Program-made: the position numbers and the translations under genes
Part shown: positions 24,910-38,761 of the stretch, piece by piece
Layout: every line of letters starts with the position of its first letter
Numbering within the stretch: position 1 is the first letter of the stretch
Assembly (NCBI RefSeq): GCF_963921235.1
Contig: NC_086097.1
Location: 73,844,001-73,908,000, forward strand
Direction: 5' to 3'
Length of the DNA stretch: 64,000 nt
DNA from: Mobula hypostoma
Taxonomy: Eukaryota
Notes under the pieces: model-generated
What the model saw: the letters and a program-made list of their open reading frames with translations, nothing else
Databases searched by the model: none
What the model was told of the DNA's origin: nothing

Positions 24910-25291
24910 TGTAGCGGCTATTCTAACAAACAAACAGCACTGCTGGTGACCCTCATGGATTGTTATACTTGTATGATGCATCCTCTAAACACTCCGGTAA
25001 TGATGTTCCACCAAGTCGTAGAAATATATTTGATTCTTTATTAGCAACTAGCAAAACATACAGACTTAAAACAATGAAACTTAAGCACAATTATGTGTAA
25101 CTAAGCAATCAACAAAAGGTATGACACCGAGCGATCCCCAGAACCAAAGTGCTTGGAACAAAGCACAAATAGGTAACTTATTACCTTTCCTTTACTGCAC
25201 CCCCACTCCTGTGACTAACTACCATAATAAACATAATCAATGCACAACACAGAATACAATGCAGCTCGAGAACAGATGCATGGCTCCTACA
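24910..25291. mobile_element. Possible solo LTR (about 380 bp)
   Basis: TGTAG..CTACA inverted termini and AATAAA on the minus strand (tttatt at about 25037). The flanks (ttaac/ggaag) do not form a TSD. Confidence 0.4.
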
Positions 25292-25299
25292 GGAAGCAT

Positions 25300-25625
25300 A
25301 CATAGGAAAGGTAGTCAAAATATTGTTCCCATGGTAGGGATATTAAAAACATGAGGACATAGGTTTAAAGTGCAAGGTAGGAGATTGAGGGGGAATCTGC
25401 AAGGCAAGCTCTTGATCCAGAGTGTGGTTCATATCCGTAATACACCACTAGAGGAGGTGTTGGAGTCATATACAATATGTTTAAAGGGAATTCAGACACA
25501 CTTAAATAGACAAGGCGTAGAAGGATATGGATCTAATGCAGGCAAAAAGGATGAGTGTAGATACAAATAAAGGTCAGCAAGAACATGGTGGATGAACAGT
25601 CTGTTCTTGTGCTGTATAACTTCAT
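25300..25625 (+). mobile_element. CR1 3' fragment
   Basis: 'ggacataggtttaaagtgcaagg', 'gaaggatatggatctaatgcaggc' and a CR1 terminal motif. Confidence 0.75.
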
Positions 25626-26679
25626 GACACAGCTGCTGAATTATATTATTATTACTAAGTTCAGGAAGGTAGGGTACCATCATTCTCTCAATGACAATTC
25701 AGGATGCTGGCCAGCAGTTACCCAAGTGCAATTTTCAGTATATACAGGGTCATTAAGGCATCAGGTAAATATTAAGGGGGCTAAACCTTGAATAATATAA
25801 GCCTTCTGTTATTGATTACTTCGATTAGTATCCAAGAATATATTAGATTTAACTTTAATCACGTTCCCCCATTTTGGATAATATTCTATTTGCATACTCC
25901 ATAATATCCTGATGAAGGCTTTAATATTGGCGATACTTTGTGTTGCAAAACCCTTGTATACTTACCCATTGACTGAAGAATTCTAAGACCACTTTTGCAC
26001 TGCATAATGATTCAACTATCATTCAAAATTAAATTACAAATTATGAAAATTTATCTTTTAAAGTGGAGGGTGCCTCCAGTATTTTAAAATGACATAATAC
26101 TTTAAATATGGTGATTGTTCCAAGGAATTTCACATTAAATGGTAGGGCAGAGCAAGTGTAAGAATATAAGCAAAAAACGGAGTCAAATTGCTTCATCAAT
26201 GATTCTGTATGAAGAAGTGAAACCACGATAACAAACTGTATTTGCATCCCATTGAAAATAAAGGATCTGGCAGCAATTTAGTTGGCGTAATCACATTGGG
26301 TACAGGCAAAACCTGTACAACTGATGAGATAATAGGGAAGAAGGGACCTAACCTTCAGAACAAAAGATCAGCTGTTCAGAGATGGGGGCCAAGAAGCATT
26401 CCTTTAATGAAAGGATAGCATGAATATGCAACTCTCCTCCCTCCCTCCCCCCAAAAAACTGACAAGTTGTGTTAATTGCAAACATGAAAACTGAGTTTTT
26501 GTAAAGTTGTTATCAGAAAGAGCATTAAAGGGTAATAAACCAAAATGGGTGAGAGGCGAGGAAACTGATCTATTCTCTTAGGTTAGATACTGCATGGACT
26601 TAATACTCACAGATACAGTAGGTGGAGTGAGGAGTGAGCACTTCTTTCTAAGAAGAGCATGAGTTTAATCACCTTTCCT

Positions 26680-28100
26680 ATTCTCATTGTTACCATCACG
26701 TAGGAGGTACAGAAGCCTGAAGGCACACACTCAGCGATCGGGAATAGCTTCTTCCCCTCTGCCATCTGATTCCTAATGGACATTGAACCCTTGAACACAT
26801 TTTAAGTATATATTAATTCTGTTTTTGCACAATTTTTAATCTATTCAATATACGTGTACTGTACCTGTCATGGTCCGGTCCGTGAAGCCCGCATTCTGGT
26901 TCACGGTCCGGTCCGTGGACTCAGAACTCCGCGTCTTCCAGCTGTCCCTTGTTTGAGTTAATCATAGGCACCCGATTCCCATCTTTGGGCTTGCAATATA
27001 AGTAGTCTTCGGACTGAGTGTGGACTGTGGGTTTGTCTTGTCAGTCCCCCTTGGAGTAACCTGCTGATGGAAGGCTAGTGAAACCATTTGTGATCTCTAG
27101 GCCTGGTTGGAGGACCACTGCTTCATGGAGCCTTGTTGCCACTCATTGAAGTGGTCTTTGCAGTATGGATTCGGCTGTTTCCCGGGCCAGCTGAGTGGCT
27201 GCCAGCCACTCCAAGCTAGGTAGGGATCTGGCTGTTTCCGTAGCCAGCTGAGGTTGCTGGCTGAACCGAGCTCGGAGCTTCCCCGGAGCAGAGATGGAAC
27301 TGTCTGTTGTTCTTTGGTGTTTGTCTCTTCTTGTCCTCATCTCTGTGGGGTAAGCCAGGCTGTTTTGCTGTTGCATGATGGAGAGACCTATCCCACCTTC
27401 GTGTGGAGATGAAGTTGAGTCCTGGCTTGTCTTAGGATAAGTCCCGGTTCTATGTATATGTTCTGTCCTGTCTCACGTTAGTGTCATGTTAAAGATGAGT
27501 CCCGGCTTATCAAAGGATCTATGTTGATGTTTGATTCCCAGTCTGTCTCTGAGCTCCAAGAACCCAAGCTTCGAGGATCCCGCAGCCAAGCTCCAAGAAC
27601 CCCAGCCTCGACGATCCCACAGCCCAGCTCAAGACCCAAGACCCCCAGCTGGCAGCCAAGCTCAAGACCCAAGACCCCCAGCCGGCAGCCAAGCTCAAGA
27701 CCCAAGACCCCCAGCCAGCAGACGTCATGTCCTTGCCTGGTTCTGGGGTCCGAGCCCGAGGCAAGACCCAGGATCTGGATCCTTGTCCAGTCTCGGGCTC
27801 AGAGTCCAAGCCTTGTCTCCTAATGAATGATTCCTAGGCTTGGTCCCGCTTTCCCTAGCCCAAGTCTGCGCTCTTGTCCCTGCTCCTTGCCTGAATCCTG
27901 TCACGTCCTTACTCTAGTCAAGTCCTGATCCTTGTACTTCAGTGTCTGTGTCTTGCATTTGGGTCCGTTCCCAGCACCCCTTGTGACAGTACTGCAATTT
28001 GTCTATTTTTTTCCTCTATATTATGTGTTGCATTGAACTGCTGCTGCTAAGTTAACAAATTTCACAACACATGCTGGTGATAATAAACCTGATTCTGATT
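26680..28100 (+). mobile_element. Rex1/Babar-type 3' end (26680-26865 and 27989-28100) split by a solo LTR
   Basis: 'ggaggtacagaagcctgaaggcacacactcagcgatc'; tail aataaacctgattctgatt at 28082-28100. Confidence 0.8.
26866..27988 (+). mobile_element. Solo LTR (Gypsy-type, 1123 bp) with internal 33-bp tandem repeats
   Basis: Termini TGTCA..TGACA; 5-bp TSD gtacc/gtact (one mismatch); TATA-like caatataag at about 26994; (cagccaagctcaagacccaagacccccagccgg)x3 at about 27620-27720. Confidence 0.85.
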
Positions 28101-28804
28101 AATGATGTTAAAAAAGACTTTCCACTTTCTTCATTTCTCTGGGTGGGGGGGGGGAGTGGGGGTCAAGGCTGACACACTTCCATTTTGTTTCTGCCAGTTC
28201 CAAGATAGCAGACAGGGCAAATATAGGACCAGCCAATTCCACCACAGATAGGGCAGGAGGATAGTTTACACTGGGCTTCTGTGCATCCATGTCACAGGAA
28301 CTACCAGTGAGTGAGACAGTCTGCCCAACAGAACTGACTGAATTTGAGGAGGACAAAATGCTGCTGATGTTGGCCTAGAATAGGATACTTAGCATGCCAA
28401 TGGACCTTGGGATTATGCAGAGGCAATTTGTTAATTTCTCACCAATGCTTTGAGGTGTCTGTTGTCAGTTGTCCAACTAGAGTGTTCACTTCTCACTCCA
28501 CCTGCTGCATCTGTGAGTGTTAAGTCCAAGCAGTGAGTCCAACTGAAGAGAATGGATCAATTTCCTCTTAACTCACCCAGATTGGTTCACTAATCTTTAA
28601 TGCTTTTTCTGATAGCAAAAAAAAAAGTCAACTAGGAGTCTTGTGAGAGGTTTCAGATCTTGATCTTCAAACAATCTTTTCCTCAGCATGTGCTTCTGCA
28701 CTAAAGGTAATGGGGAAATTCATCAACATCTGCCATTGCTTAATGCTGCCTGAAAGCTTCTTGCTTTCTCGAGTCTCTAATGCAAGGGGTCATAAGAGGC
28801 TGCT

Positions 28805-29155
28805 TTGGGTTGTAGTCTCAGCCAGCTCCATCATGGGCACAAGACTCTTACCATTGAGGAGATCTTCAAGAAGTGGTGGCTCAAGAAGACAGCATCCATC
28901 ATTAAAGACCCAGGACATGCCCTTTTCTCTTTACTACCATCTGGAAGGAGATACAGGAGCCTTAAGACCCACACTCAACAATTCAGGGACAGCTTTTCCC
29001 CCTCTACCATGTCCATGAACACTACCTCATTACTGCTTTTTTTGCAATTTTTATTTATTTCATAATTTATTGTAATAGAATGTCTTTGCACTGTACTGTT
29101 GCTACAAAAGAAGGAATTTCACGGAATGAGTGATAACAAACCTGATTCTGATTCT
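28805..29155 (+). mobile_element. Rex1/Babar-type 3' fragment
   Basis: 'KKTASIIKDPGHALFSLLPSGRRYRSLKTHT' and tail acaaacctgattctgattctg. Confidence 0.85.
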
Positions 29156-30324
29156 GTCTCATTGTGCTGGCTTATTGTTAGACATTGAGGCCAGAATGCT
29201 GGCAGATGTTAAGAGTAAGGACCATTCCCTCACGTTTCAGTGAGTGAGTCAATGAATATAGAACTTGGCCTCCAAATGTAACCAAACTCAAGATCACCTT
29301 TGTACTGTGGCTCAACCACTGAGTTTGCAGCAACATTGGTGCAGGAGTGGAGGTTCATAGATTGAAGAGTTTCCTATTAGTTCTGTAGATAAGTTGAAAG
29401 CTTGCAAGATGTGAGTTGCAGCATTATGAAATGCAAGATTCAGGAAAATGTTGTTACAATGACTCAGCCTCGCGAGGCACCTGTCTGCACTGAGACTGAA
29501 TCCACTGTGGTCCCATTGTTTTATATCATAGCTTGCACAACACTACAAAAGTAAGAAGAAATGAATTACCTTTGGTCAGATTTGAATTAGGTGTCCTGCA
29601 GTTCCTCTTGATCAATGGTGTTGAAGGATTTAGTGGGTTTAAATGAGAAAGCACATATAATGGTTGGCGCTGCTTTCTTCATTTCTCTTGGAGTTTTCAT
29701 ACAGTGAAGGAAGATCTTGGCAGGGAGACAGCAAACCTCATGGTATTTAGCTAGGTTACAGCAGGTATTAGTGCAGGTGCACGTTGCTTTAGGAAATGTT
29801 CTATTCCGCAATGTTCTGACAGCCTTTGACATCTCACCACTGTCAGCAGCCTTTGAATTGATAACGAGAGACATTTAAAAACTATTCAAATTGTTTTAAG
29901 TACATACTATTGAAAAATTTTAAATACTTTCAAATACTAAAATATTGTCAAAAACATTGAAATGATGGAAATTAATCTAAACACTGAATTGAGCCTGCTT
30001 TTTCCCAATGGTGTAAAGCTGAGGGACAGACACAAACTGCATCTGGCCTCTCTCTCCGGGTTGAAAAGTGTTGTACTGCTAGAATCAAGGATGAAACCAG
30101 CAGTGAAGTGGGAGATCAGATGTGCTGGGATCTGACTTCTCCATCACCTTCGACTTGCGCATTTAGCAGAGTGTCACAAACAGCTGGCATTTGCTTACAG
30201 AACCAATGGCTTCACTCCTGAGTCTAACTTGGTATAAAAGCAAAACAGAATTGACAGTTAAAACACCTTTATCTGTTCCTCTGAATAAACAACAACAAGG
30301 GTGGTGAAGAAAAGAAACTGAAAA

Positions 30325-31355
30325 AGGTGAGGATTTACACAGTGCTTATGTGCTGGACCCAGGCCAAATCATCTGAAATTATAACACTGGGGAATTTAAA
30401 GTTGCTGATTAACTCCACCTCTGATTCCCCAATGAGAACTGGCTCACGGACCTCCAGTTTCTTCCATTTGAAGTCAATAATAATCTCCTTGGTCTTGCTC
30501 ACATTGAGTAAAAGGGTGTTGTGGTACCACTCAGCCAGATTTTCAATCTCCCTCCTATATGTTGATTCATCCGCACCTTTGATTTGGCCATCGATAGTAG
30601 TGTCATCAGCAAACTTAAATATGGCATTAGAGCTGCACTTAGCCTCACAGTCATAAGTGAATAGAGCAGGGGGCTAAGCACACAGCCTTGTGATGCACTT
30701 GTGCTGATGGAGATTGTGGAGGAGATGTTGTTGCCAATCTGAACTGATTTGGTTCTGCAAGTGAGGAAATCAAGAATCCAGTAGCATGAGGAGGTCTTGA
30801 GGCGTATTAATTTTGAGGGGATTAGAGTACTGAATGCTGAACTGTAGTCAATGAAGAGCATCCTGATGTATGCAGCCTTGCTATGCAGATGTTCTAGGGT
30901 TGAGTGAAGAGTCAATGAAATGGCATCTGCTGTGGACCTGTTGTGACGGAAGGTAAATTGGAATGGAACCAAGTTGCCTCGTAGGCTGGAGTTGATATGT
31001 TTCATCACCAACATCTCAAAGTACTTCATCACAGTGGATGTAAGTGTTACTGGACGATAGACATTGAGGCAGGTTACCACATTCTCCTTAGGCAGTGCTT
31101 GAAGCCTGTTTGAATGTGGTGGGTAACTTAGACTGCTGAAGTGAAGTGTTAAGGATATCAGTGTGGATACCAGATGACCAGCAGTGGTCTTTAGTGCTCA
31201 GCCAGGTACCCTGTCTGGAGCAGTTCACCCTCCTGAAGGACACTCTCATATCAGCCTCAGAGACTGAAATCACAGGGTCATTGAGGGCTGTAGAAGTTTC
31301 CTCCATGTGAAGATTCCTCCGGGTTTTGATGGTAAAAGTGAACATAAAAGGCATT
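30325..31355 (-). mobile_element. Rex1/Babar-type LINE RT fragment
   Basis: ORF 30499-31080 'YRPVTLTSTVMKYFE..QF..RHNRSTADAI..RMLFIDYSSAFST..QGCVLSPLLYS'. Confidence 0.9.
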
Positions 31356-32110
31356 TGGGAAAGGTTGAAGTGGTTAGGATGTTATTTCCTGGAGCCTAGG
31401 AAAATTAAGTGGATATTTGATCGATATATACAAAATTATGAGGAGCATTGATAGGGTAAAAGAATCTGGGTTTTGCCACTGAGGTTGGGTGAGACTAGAA
31501 CTAGAGGTCGTAGTTAAAGATGAAAAGTGAAATATTTAAGGGGAACCTGAGAGGGAACCCCTTCGCTTAGAGGATAGTGAGAATGTGGAACGAGCCGCTA
31601 GCAGAAATGGTAGATGTGGGTTCAATTTCAATATTTAAGAGAAATTTGGATGAGTACATGGATGGGTGTGGTATGCGAGATTATAGTCCCGGTGTAGGTT
31701 GAGGGCATTAAGCAGAATAACTGAACTCATGGACTAGATGGGCTGACGGCCGCATTGCTCTGTGATGACTCTAACTGCTTCTTTAGGAACTAAAATTAAA
31801 AAGTCCTCTGAGATATACCGTATATTGTACTGAGGCTTTGAAGCCAGGGAGTAATGCAAGGAAGAGAATGGAGTTCTGTGTCTTCTAACTTAGCTTCTGA
31901 CTTTTTATTTCCCTTCATTACTGGTAGAGATTTACCAGGATGTTGCCTGGACTTGAGGGCCTAAATTACAAGGAGAGGTTGACAATGTTGGATCTTTACA
32001 GAGGAATGAGTAGTGACCTCATAGAAGTTTATAAAATCATGAGGGATATGGATATGGTGGGCAGTCATAGTCTTTTTGCTAAGGTTGGGGAGTCCAAAAT
32101 TAGAGGGCAC
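31356..32110 (+). mobile_element. Two CR1 3' fragments (31356-31775 and 31925-32110)
   Basis: 'MLPGLEGLNYKERL..DLIEVYKIMR' and CR1 3' UTR motifs. Confidence 0.75.
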
Positions 32111-34150
32111 AGATCTGTTTTGTTATTCTCTTGATGATGAGCGAACTTGTATTGATTGCAATAAAATTCTCAGCACAGAACATGGATAGATTAAAGTAAA
32201 TAAAAAAAGTAATGCTCACCCTGGAGCTAAAACATGAAATTTCCAAACCGCAGCTTGTCAACTATGTGCTGTACTACTAAAGCTTCACCCAGGTAATCTG
32301 TGAAAGTCTATGTTCAGACTCATTTAAATTTGTACCTTTCAAATATTGGCTCAGTCTGCATGGATTTTTGAACTGGACATCTTAGAAAGAACTTAGCAAT
32401 ATAATATAGATAACAAGAGAACTAAAACATGGTCTAGGGCATGGAATAAGACAGAGGTATGTTATATGACAGCAATGTTTTGGAGAACTGCTGAAATGTT
32501 GTGATGGCAACACAAGGTCCCAGATGTTCCACTGAGGTCTGTTGAGAAGTGGCATTCATGACCTGCCAAAGCTCAAAGATCATGTGCTATTCCTTGGCTG
32601 ATGGTAGTTATAGGAATGCATTAGGTGACAGATGATCTTTAAGCAAATATGAAGCTGTCAGTTATTGCACACTGTAGGTTCAAAGATCAAACGAATTAGC
32701 AGCAAAAAAAGCTCCAATTAGATTTCCTTTCAATTGAGATTAAACTTCTGGGAATCCTCACATTAGTTTAATAACTAAACACACATACGATTCTCAAGTG
32801 CTCTGTTAATCAACAAATCTATCCATAGCCCCAAGCTGTAATCTTTAGTTTCTGTTCAGGCATGTTTACTGATACAAAATCCCCATGATTACAGTATAAA
32901 CAAAGTCAGCAAGAACACAATTATGAATTATTTATCTTTCAAAATAAAAAGAAAACATTAACAGTCTTCTGAGCATGAAAGAAATGCTACCCTTGCAAAT
33001 AAATTCTACTGGTTTCTATTTTCATAACAAATCATTATTTTTCCCCTTGATTTCATACATTTTATAGTTTTGTGAAACAACTGGCACCTCAGAAGATATA
33101 TTTTGAATGCTGCAGTTAGGAGGAATGGGCATGCCCACCAATGTAATTTAAAGATTTATAGCTTTCATGTTTTTACTGTCACATCATTTTAAATATGGCT
33201 TAAAAACATTTGAATAAAGTTTAAAATCCATAATAAAACATTGCAATTTTATCCTATGCCTTAAATACCCCGATCTTGAAATTCAACTTGGCTTTGCATT
33301 CACTTTTTCAATGCTATTCAGAGTATTTTTTTATATAGAATTTGAAGCCACTTGACTTGCCTTCCACATTGTTATCCCAAATGCTTACACTGGGTGGCAG
33401 CAACATCCATTGAATGGAGAAAGAATGATGTCTGATTACCAACCTGTCTTGATTTGAGAGTCTTGGGAGATAAGATAATACATTTTCTTTCTAAATATAG
33501 ACATGAATGCTGTAGGTTGTTTCTTTCATATAACATTCTGAAACTGAGATAACCAATTGGGTAGGACTACCTGAAATAAACTGTGTTTCAAAATTGAACA
33601 GAAATTAAGATACCATATTTTCCCCGAACTAAAGAAAAGGCATTATAAAAATAGTGGAATGTCTGACGGGTAAAATAAGCCAATCCCTCTTGGCTCTGTA
33701 GGGGAGTACCTTATTTCTCCTCAAACAGCTGAGACTCAAAAGAAACATCCATTTTAATATCAATTTTAATAATCCTAATTGTTGCCATATGTATAAATCC
33801 CTTGGCTGCCTTATTTATCAAATAACTTCGTAATTACTTAACTAGCCACAGTAGCTTTAGACTAATTTTTACACCTTTATACCATAAACTATTTTTAAAA
33901 CTGTTTAATTGTTTCCTACAGTTAAAAAACTGAATTATCCAATTAAATGGAATTAGTTACATAAGGAAGAGAATGAACTGGAAGTTTATTAATAACATTT
34001 TTAATTGCCTGAAAATGTGAATTCAACCACTTTGATATCAACTACATTGGCAATCTAAATTACATTTATTTTAAAGATGTACCATTAATCTCCTCAAGGG
34101 ATTATAGGGCAATCAGTTGTTGACAAAAATGGGCTTATTCTGCATGGGAG

Positions 34151-34345
34151 CAACATACACACACACTGGAGGAACTCAGGAGGTCAGGCTGCATCTATGG
34201 AAATTAAGTTCTGATCAAGGATCTTAGCTCAAAACCTTGACTGTTTATTCATTTCCATGGATGCTGCCTGATGTGCTGAGTTCCTCCAGCATTTTGTGTA
34301 TGTTGTTCTGGATTTCCAGCAACTGCATAATCACCTGCCTTTAAT
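34151..34345. mobile_element. PLE-derived mini-palindrome with a degenerate hammerhead
   Basis: caacatacac..ctggaggaactcaggaggtcaggctgcatctatggaaat, then agttctgatcaagg..ttgactg..gatgctgcctga..gagttcctccagcattttgtgtatgttg and the tail. Confidence 0.8.
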
Positions 34346-35099
34346 CTGCGCTGGTCGTACAGCTTTCACGTAAATGCAGTCTGAATCCAGAGACTGGTCC
34401 TTACCAGACACCAAAGTAAAACTCTGTGACTCCCTGCAAGAAAATTCCTCAGCCTAGTTTGATCCTGAATGGAAATAGTATTGAATTTGGGGTTTACAAG
34501 GTTTCAAATTGCAACTTGGTGATGATAAAACCCACTCTTTAGATTATGTCGTGAAAGACTTCAGTTGTGGTGTAAATTTGGTCTCTTTGCTAGGCCTTGT
34601 CTGGATATCTTGGGTTTTCATTCAGCTTTGATCAACAATTCAAGTTGCATTTAGGAATCAAGGACGCTCAGAAATTCAGAACCTCCACTGAATCAATAAA
34701 AGACATACAAATTAAATGCAAATATAAAATCAAAAGCTGTTAAGTCTTTAAGAGTACTGCAATATATTTATTATTGTTGAAGTCTAGCTAACAGGAAGAT
34801 TTTCTCAAACTGATGTCCTGTCTTCCCCTAAGCTCCATTCATTAAGTTACCCACATCAAAGCCCTGCTTCCAACTCAAAAACTATGCCTTCATATTTGAA
34901 ACATTTTAAGAAATTGCATTGTGTGAACTGCACTAACGTATTCCCTAGCAGTTCCCCTTGAGTTACTCCAGCAGTTTGCTTTAATTCCACCAGTTAGCTG
35001 CAGGCAGTGCACTTTGTGTCAGGTGTGGCTTGAGGAATATTGGATTTCACTGAGCATATAGGTGGGACAGGAGTATGGCACATAGTTCACCTTGCTTTT

Positions 35100-35510
35100 C
35101 AGATTTAAGCTTGTTGCTTCAGATCCTACTGAAAGGATGAGTACAAAATCTACGCTGATGCTGCAGGGTAGTACTGAGGGAACACAGCAGTGTTGGGAGA
35201 TACTACGTTATAAATGAGATATTAATTTGGCACCTTGTCAGGTGAATGTACAACAGCCGCTGGCACTGTTCAGAACAGATCAGGGGAAGCTTTTCCGGCC
35301 AGTATGTAAACTTCAGCAAATATCTAAAACTAATTATCTGGTCTTTTATATCATTGCTGTTTGTGAAAATCTGATGTGTGGAACCTGAATGTCGCATGCC
35401 CTTCATTCTTCATTACAACACAGCCTACACCTCGATGGTTAGATATGAAGTGTATAGGGATGATTCAAGTTTGTGAAAGGTGCTATCCAAAAGTTGTGCA
35501 TCTGTATTGC
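35100..35510 (+). mobile_element. Ancient Deu-domain SINE (SacSINE1/AmnSINE-related)
   Basis: gagtacaaaatctacgctga..gtactgaggga..caggggaag..attatctggtc..cattgctgtttgtg..cattacaaca..gtgaaaggtgctat follows the motif order of Deu SINEs (recognised from memory). Confidence 0.7.
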
Positions 35511-36258
35511 CTCAGAAGCAACTGATATGAAAAGTCAGATACTGTATGAGGCCAAAATCAAAATACTTTAAAAAGTGCAATTAACTGGCACTCAAAAAGA
35601 TATTTGCATCATTTGTATTTGGTTCAATCCTCTCCAAATGTATTGAAGCTACTTTAAAAATCCCCAACAGAAATAAAGTCATGACATGACAGTTCCTAAT
35701 TTTATTTCATTCACCTCAGACATAATACGCATCTTTAAATCCATCAAGAGATTTTTGCTTTTCTAATTTCCTTTAACCTCACTTACAAAAGTTGCTTCAG
35801 GGTGCCTTTGTGCAGAGTCTGTAAATCTAGACTATGTTCTAATACATCAGAATACAGTCAAATTATACTTGGAGTGGGCAGAAAAGACAGAAATAGTTCT
35901 GTTATTGTTCAGTGTGCAGATTTGTATTTTCCACATTTTGTATTTCCGATTGGCTTTCTTCTCAACCAAAAATACTCAGATCACATCACACAAATTTGCT
36001 GTGCCTACTACAGAGTGAAAATACCAATTAAATACCTCAGATTTGAAATGATTCTGCTCATGTCACATATATATACACACAAGACAACTTCAACCCTTCC
36101 TTAGCATGCAGCCTTTGGCAGGAACTTCAAAATATGAGTATAATATGAGTATAATTATATTGGAGAAGATCCAATATATTGCATTCAAACATTTTCAAAG
36201 CAAACCATGCAATCAACTACTGCTTTTAGTCTTTTTGCCATTGATGACCATTGTATAC

Positions 36259-36263
<5 letters not shown>

Positions 36264-36308
<45 letters not shown>
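36264..36308. repeat. (TG)22 microsatellite
   Basis: Pure TG run. Confidence 0.98.
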
Positions 36309-36311
<3 letters not shown>

Positions 36312-37120
36312 GAAAGACACTTCAAAATAACTGGATAATAGAGATTACTCAGTCTGTATGGAACTTTAATCACAACTACTTAGTTTTCTATCATTAAAAA
36401 ACATAACTTTTACCTGGAGTAGAATGAAGAACATTTTCAGTGGGCCCACTTCAAAAGCTAATTTTAAGGGAAAAAATTAAGATTGAAACAGGACATCCTT
36501 GAATTGGAATGGCCGCTTCATCTCACTGTTCCCTTACTCAGGAGGCAGCCCACTTTCGTCTTCCTCCACAGTTTGCAGCACAGTGAAAAAAACACACCAC
36601 TTTCTCTGTGCTGTGTCAGGTTTAATCCAGGGTTGTCTTTCCATAAAATGTGCAAAATGACTACTTAAAATAGGCTGAGTACGGTTAAAATGCATATAAG
36701 CAATTTACGATTGCTTTGCATTGTCAGAAGTCTCACATGCTTCAAGGCTCCTCTTATTTCATTTCCAAATAAGCTCACGTGAAAACTGAGCCCTGATCCA
36801 AAAACTACAATTAGGTTACAATGTTAGTATTTTCAACATCTTTGCAATAAATAATTACATTTACATATAAATCTTGAGCCTATTTATTAACCATCAGCTG
36901 GAAACAATAAAGTTTAAAGATACCAATAAAAATGAACAGAAGTCAATTTTATAATATACTAAAGCTGTGTAATCTTGGACTTCCCCTTTTCTGAGCAAGT
37001 GGTCAGGCTCACAAGATGCAAAAATTTGCAATGGTATTGTGCAAAGAACAACTCCATTTAAGCTCAAATGTCCTCTAATGAAGGTGATTTATGATACAAT
37101 TTAGATTTTTGTTTCTACAG

Positions 37121-37203
37121 ATTTATGAGACTTCTAGGAAGTAGCAAGATACTTGAACAAAAGGATGAAATAAAAAATGGCTCTTCAGTTAAAAAAACAG
37201 CTG
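37121..37203 (+). other. Candidate exon of an unidentified plus-strand transcript
   Basis: Acceptor tttttgtttctacAG and donor CTG|GTGAGT; one open frame, FMRLLGSSKILEQKDEIKNGSSVKKTA. Confidence 0.35.
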
Positions 37204-38687
37204 GTGAGTAAGGTTAGGACAACATCTGATCTTGAACATGGCCTCATTTATAGGAATGTGCAAGCCTTCTTCATGGAGTGGTTTGAAAGGATATGAATAT
37301 TACCTCCAATCAGAAGAAATGTTTTCTTTTTAAACATCATCTGTTTCCTTGGATGCTTTAAAATTCCCTACATTGTGGTACTACAGTAGTTGTTATGACT
37401 AGAAGGCTAAGTAATCCTGAATACACAATTGGTTACTAATGTGGTGTGGACGTAGCATATTCAATGTGTGGCCAAACTGAGTCTAAGTACTTTACAATTT
37501 AATCAACCCACATTTTTTCTCAACAGTAGAAGCTTAAGACACAGAGTACCGACACTGATTTTCAGAAATATTTCATGCAATCTGTATCAACATTTAGCTA
37601 TTAACTGAGTAAATCGTTTGGATGGCCTTATTAAGTCTACTTTGTTAAATGTAACTGTGTAAGTACACTTAAGAAAATCATTGGTCACAGAATCAGACCA
37701 GAGAATAATAAATCTTGCATTGGTCAATGATGCTGTCAATAATGAATCTAACATTCTGACATTAAGCAGGGAATAACAACTACTGTAATAAACTTAAACG
37801 TAAACAGAAATGTCCTAAGAACTCATGTTAGCTGGTTTTCCTCTCCACATAGGCTGCTTGACTGGCTATGTTCTTCCAGCATTGCTGTTCCTGTTTTGCA
37901 TTCCAGTAGGTGCAGTTTTATTTGTTTTCAGTTAATAAACTGACATCACTAAACATACACTTCAATAATGGCAAGCATTGGCATGATTAAAAAAGTAGAT
38001 ATGAGAAATGGTTTTCTGTAAGAGTGAAAACAATACTGCAATGGCGAAAGAGGGCAGTGCCATAGAAAAGAATTAACCACCAAGATTAACCAGCTTCAAG
38101 TCCCACAATGCCTTAGGAGGTACTTGTTTTAAATGCAATCCTGTGGAAGAAAAAGTCTGTAAAGAAGGCATACCCTCTGAATAAGCAAAGTTTGAAACTC
38201 AGCACAGATAAACAATATTTTTCATCAATATTCAGTCTCTTATTAACTATTTTGAAAGACACTAAGAATTGTTCAGAATATCTTGTATAGTAGACTAGAT
38301 AGAAGTAGCAAATTTCCTTTTCCAAAGCACATTGATGAACCAGTATGGTTTTTGACAAGATAGCAGCTTTCATGTACATATATTTCAGTGTTAGTTTACA
38401 AATTACCAGTTATTGCATTCAACTGAACATAGCTCTGGGTTGTTGTGTCATAACTTCAGAAATACTGAGCCACAGTTAATGATGACAGTGAATGCCAGCT
38501 ATTTTCTTATTGTTTTAAAGAACAATCTTATGGGTATTTCACGCTCAAAGGAAGAACATCAATAATTCATTGTTATCAGAGATGTATTCAGTTACCTCAG
38601 AATCAGGTTGTTCAACCTGTGCAGTAACTTGTACAAATTTATTGCACAACATATAAAGCTAGTGAAAATGAATCTTTTCCTTAACAG

Positions 38688-38761
38688 GCTCTAAAGTGTA
38701 TTTCATAACACTTTCAAGTCCCAGATCAAAATGACTCACCAGGGAGATTGAGCTTTAATTG
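38688..38761 (+). other. Candidate exon of an unidentified plus-strand transcript
   Basis: Acceptor tcttttccttaacAG and donor TTG|GTAAGT. Confidence 0.3.

Noticed and set aside
27540..27830. Regularly spaced 33-bp repeats suggesting a CRISPR array or repeat protein
   Set aside because: Head-to-tail repeats without unique spacers, inside a solo LTR in vertebrate DNA; no cas genes
29570..29874. Cys-rich minus-strand ORF with acceptor/donor-like ends
   Set aside because: All three frames contain stops before the donor, and there is no known Cys pattern
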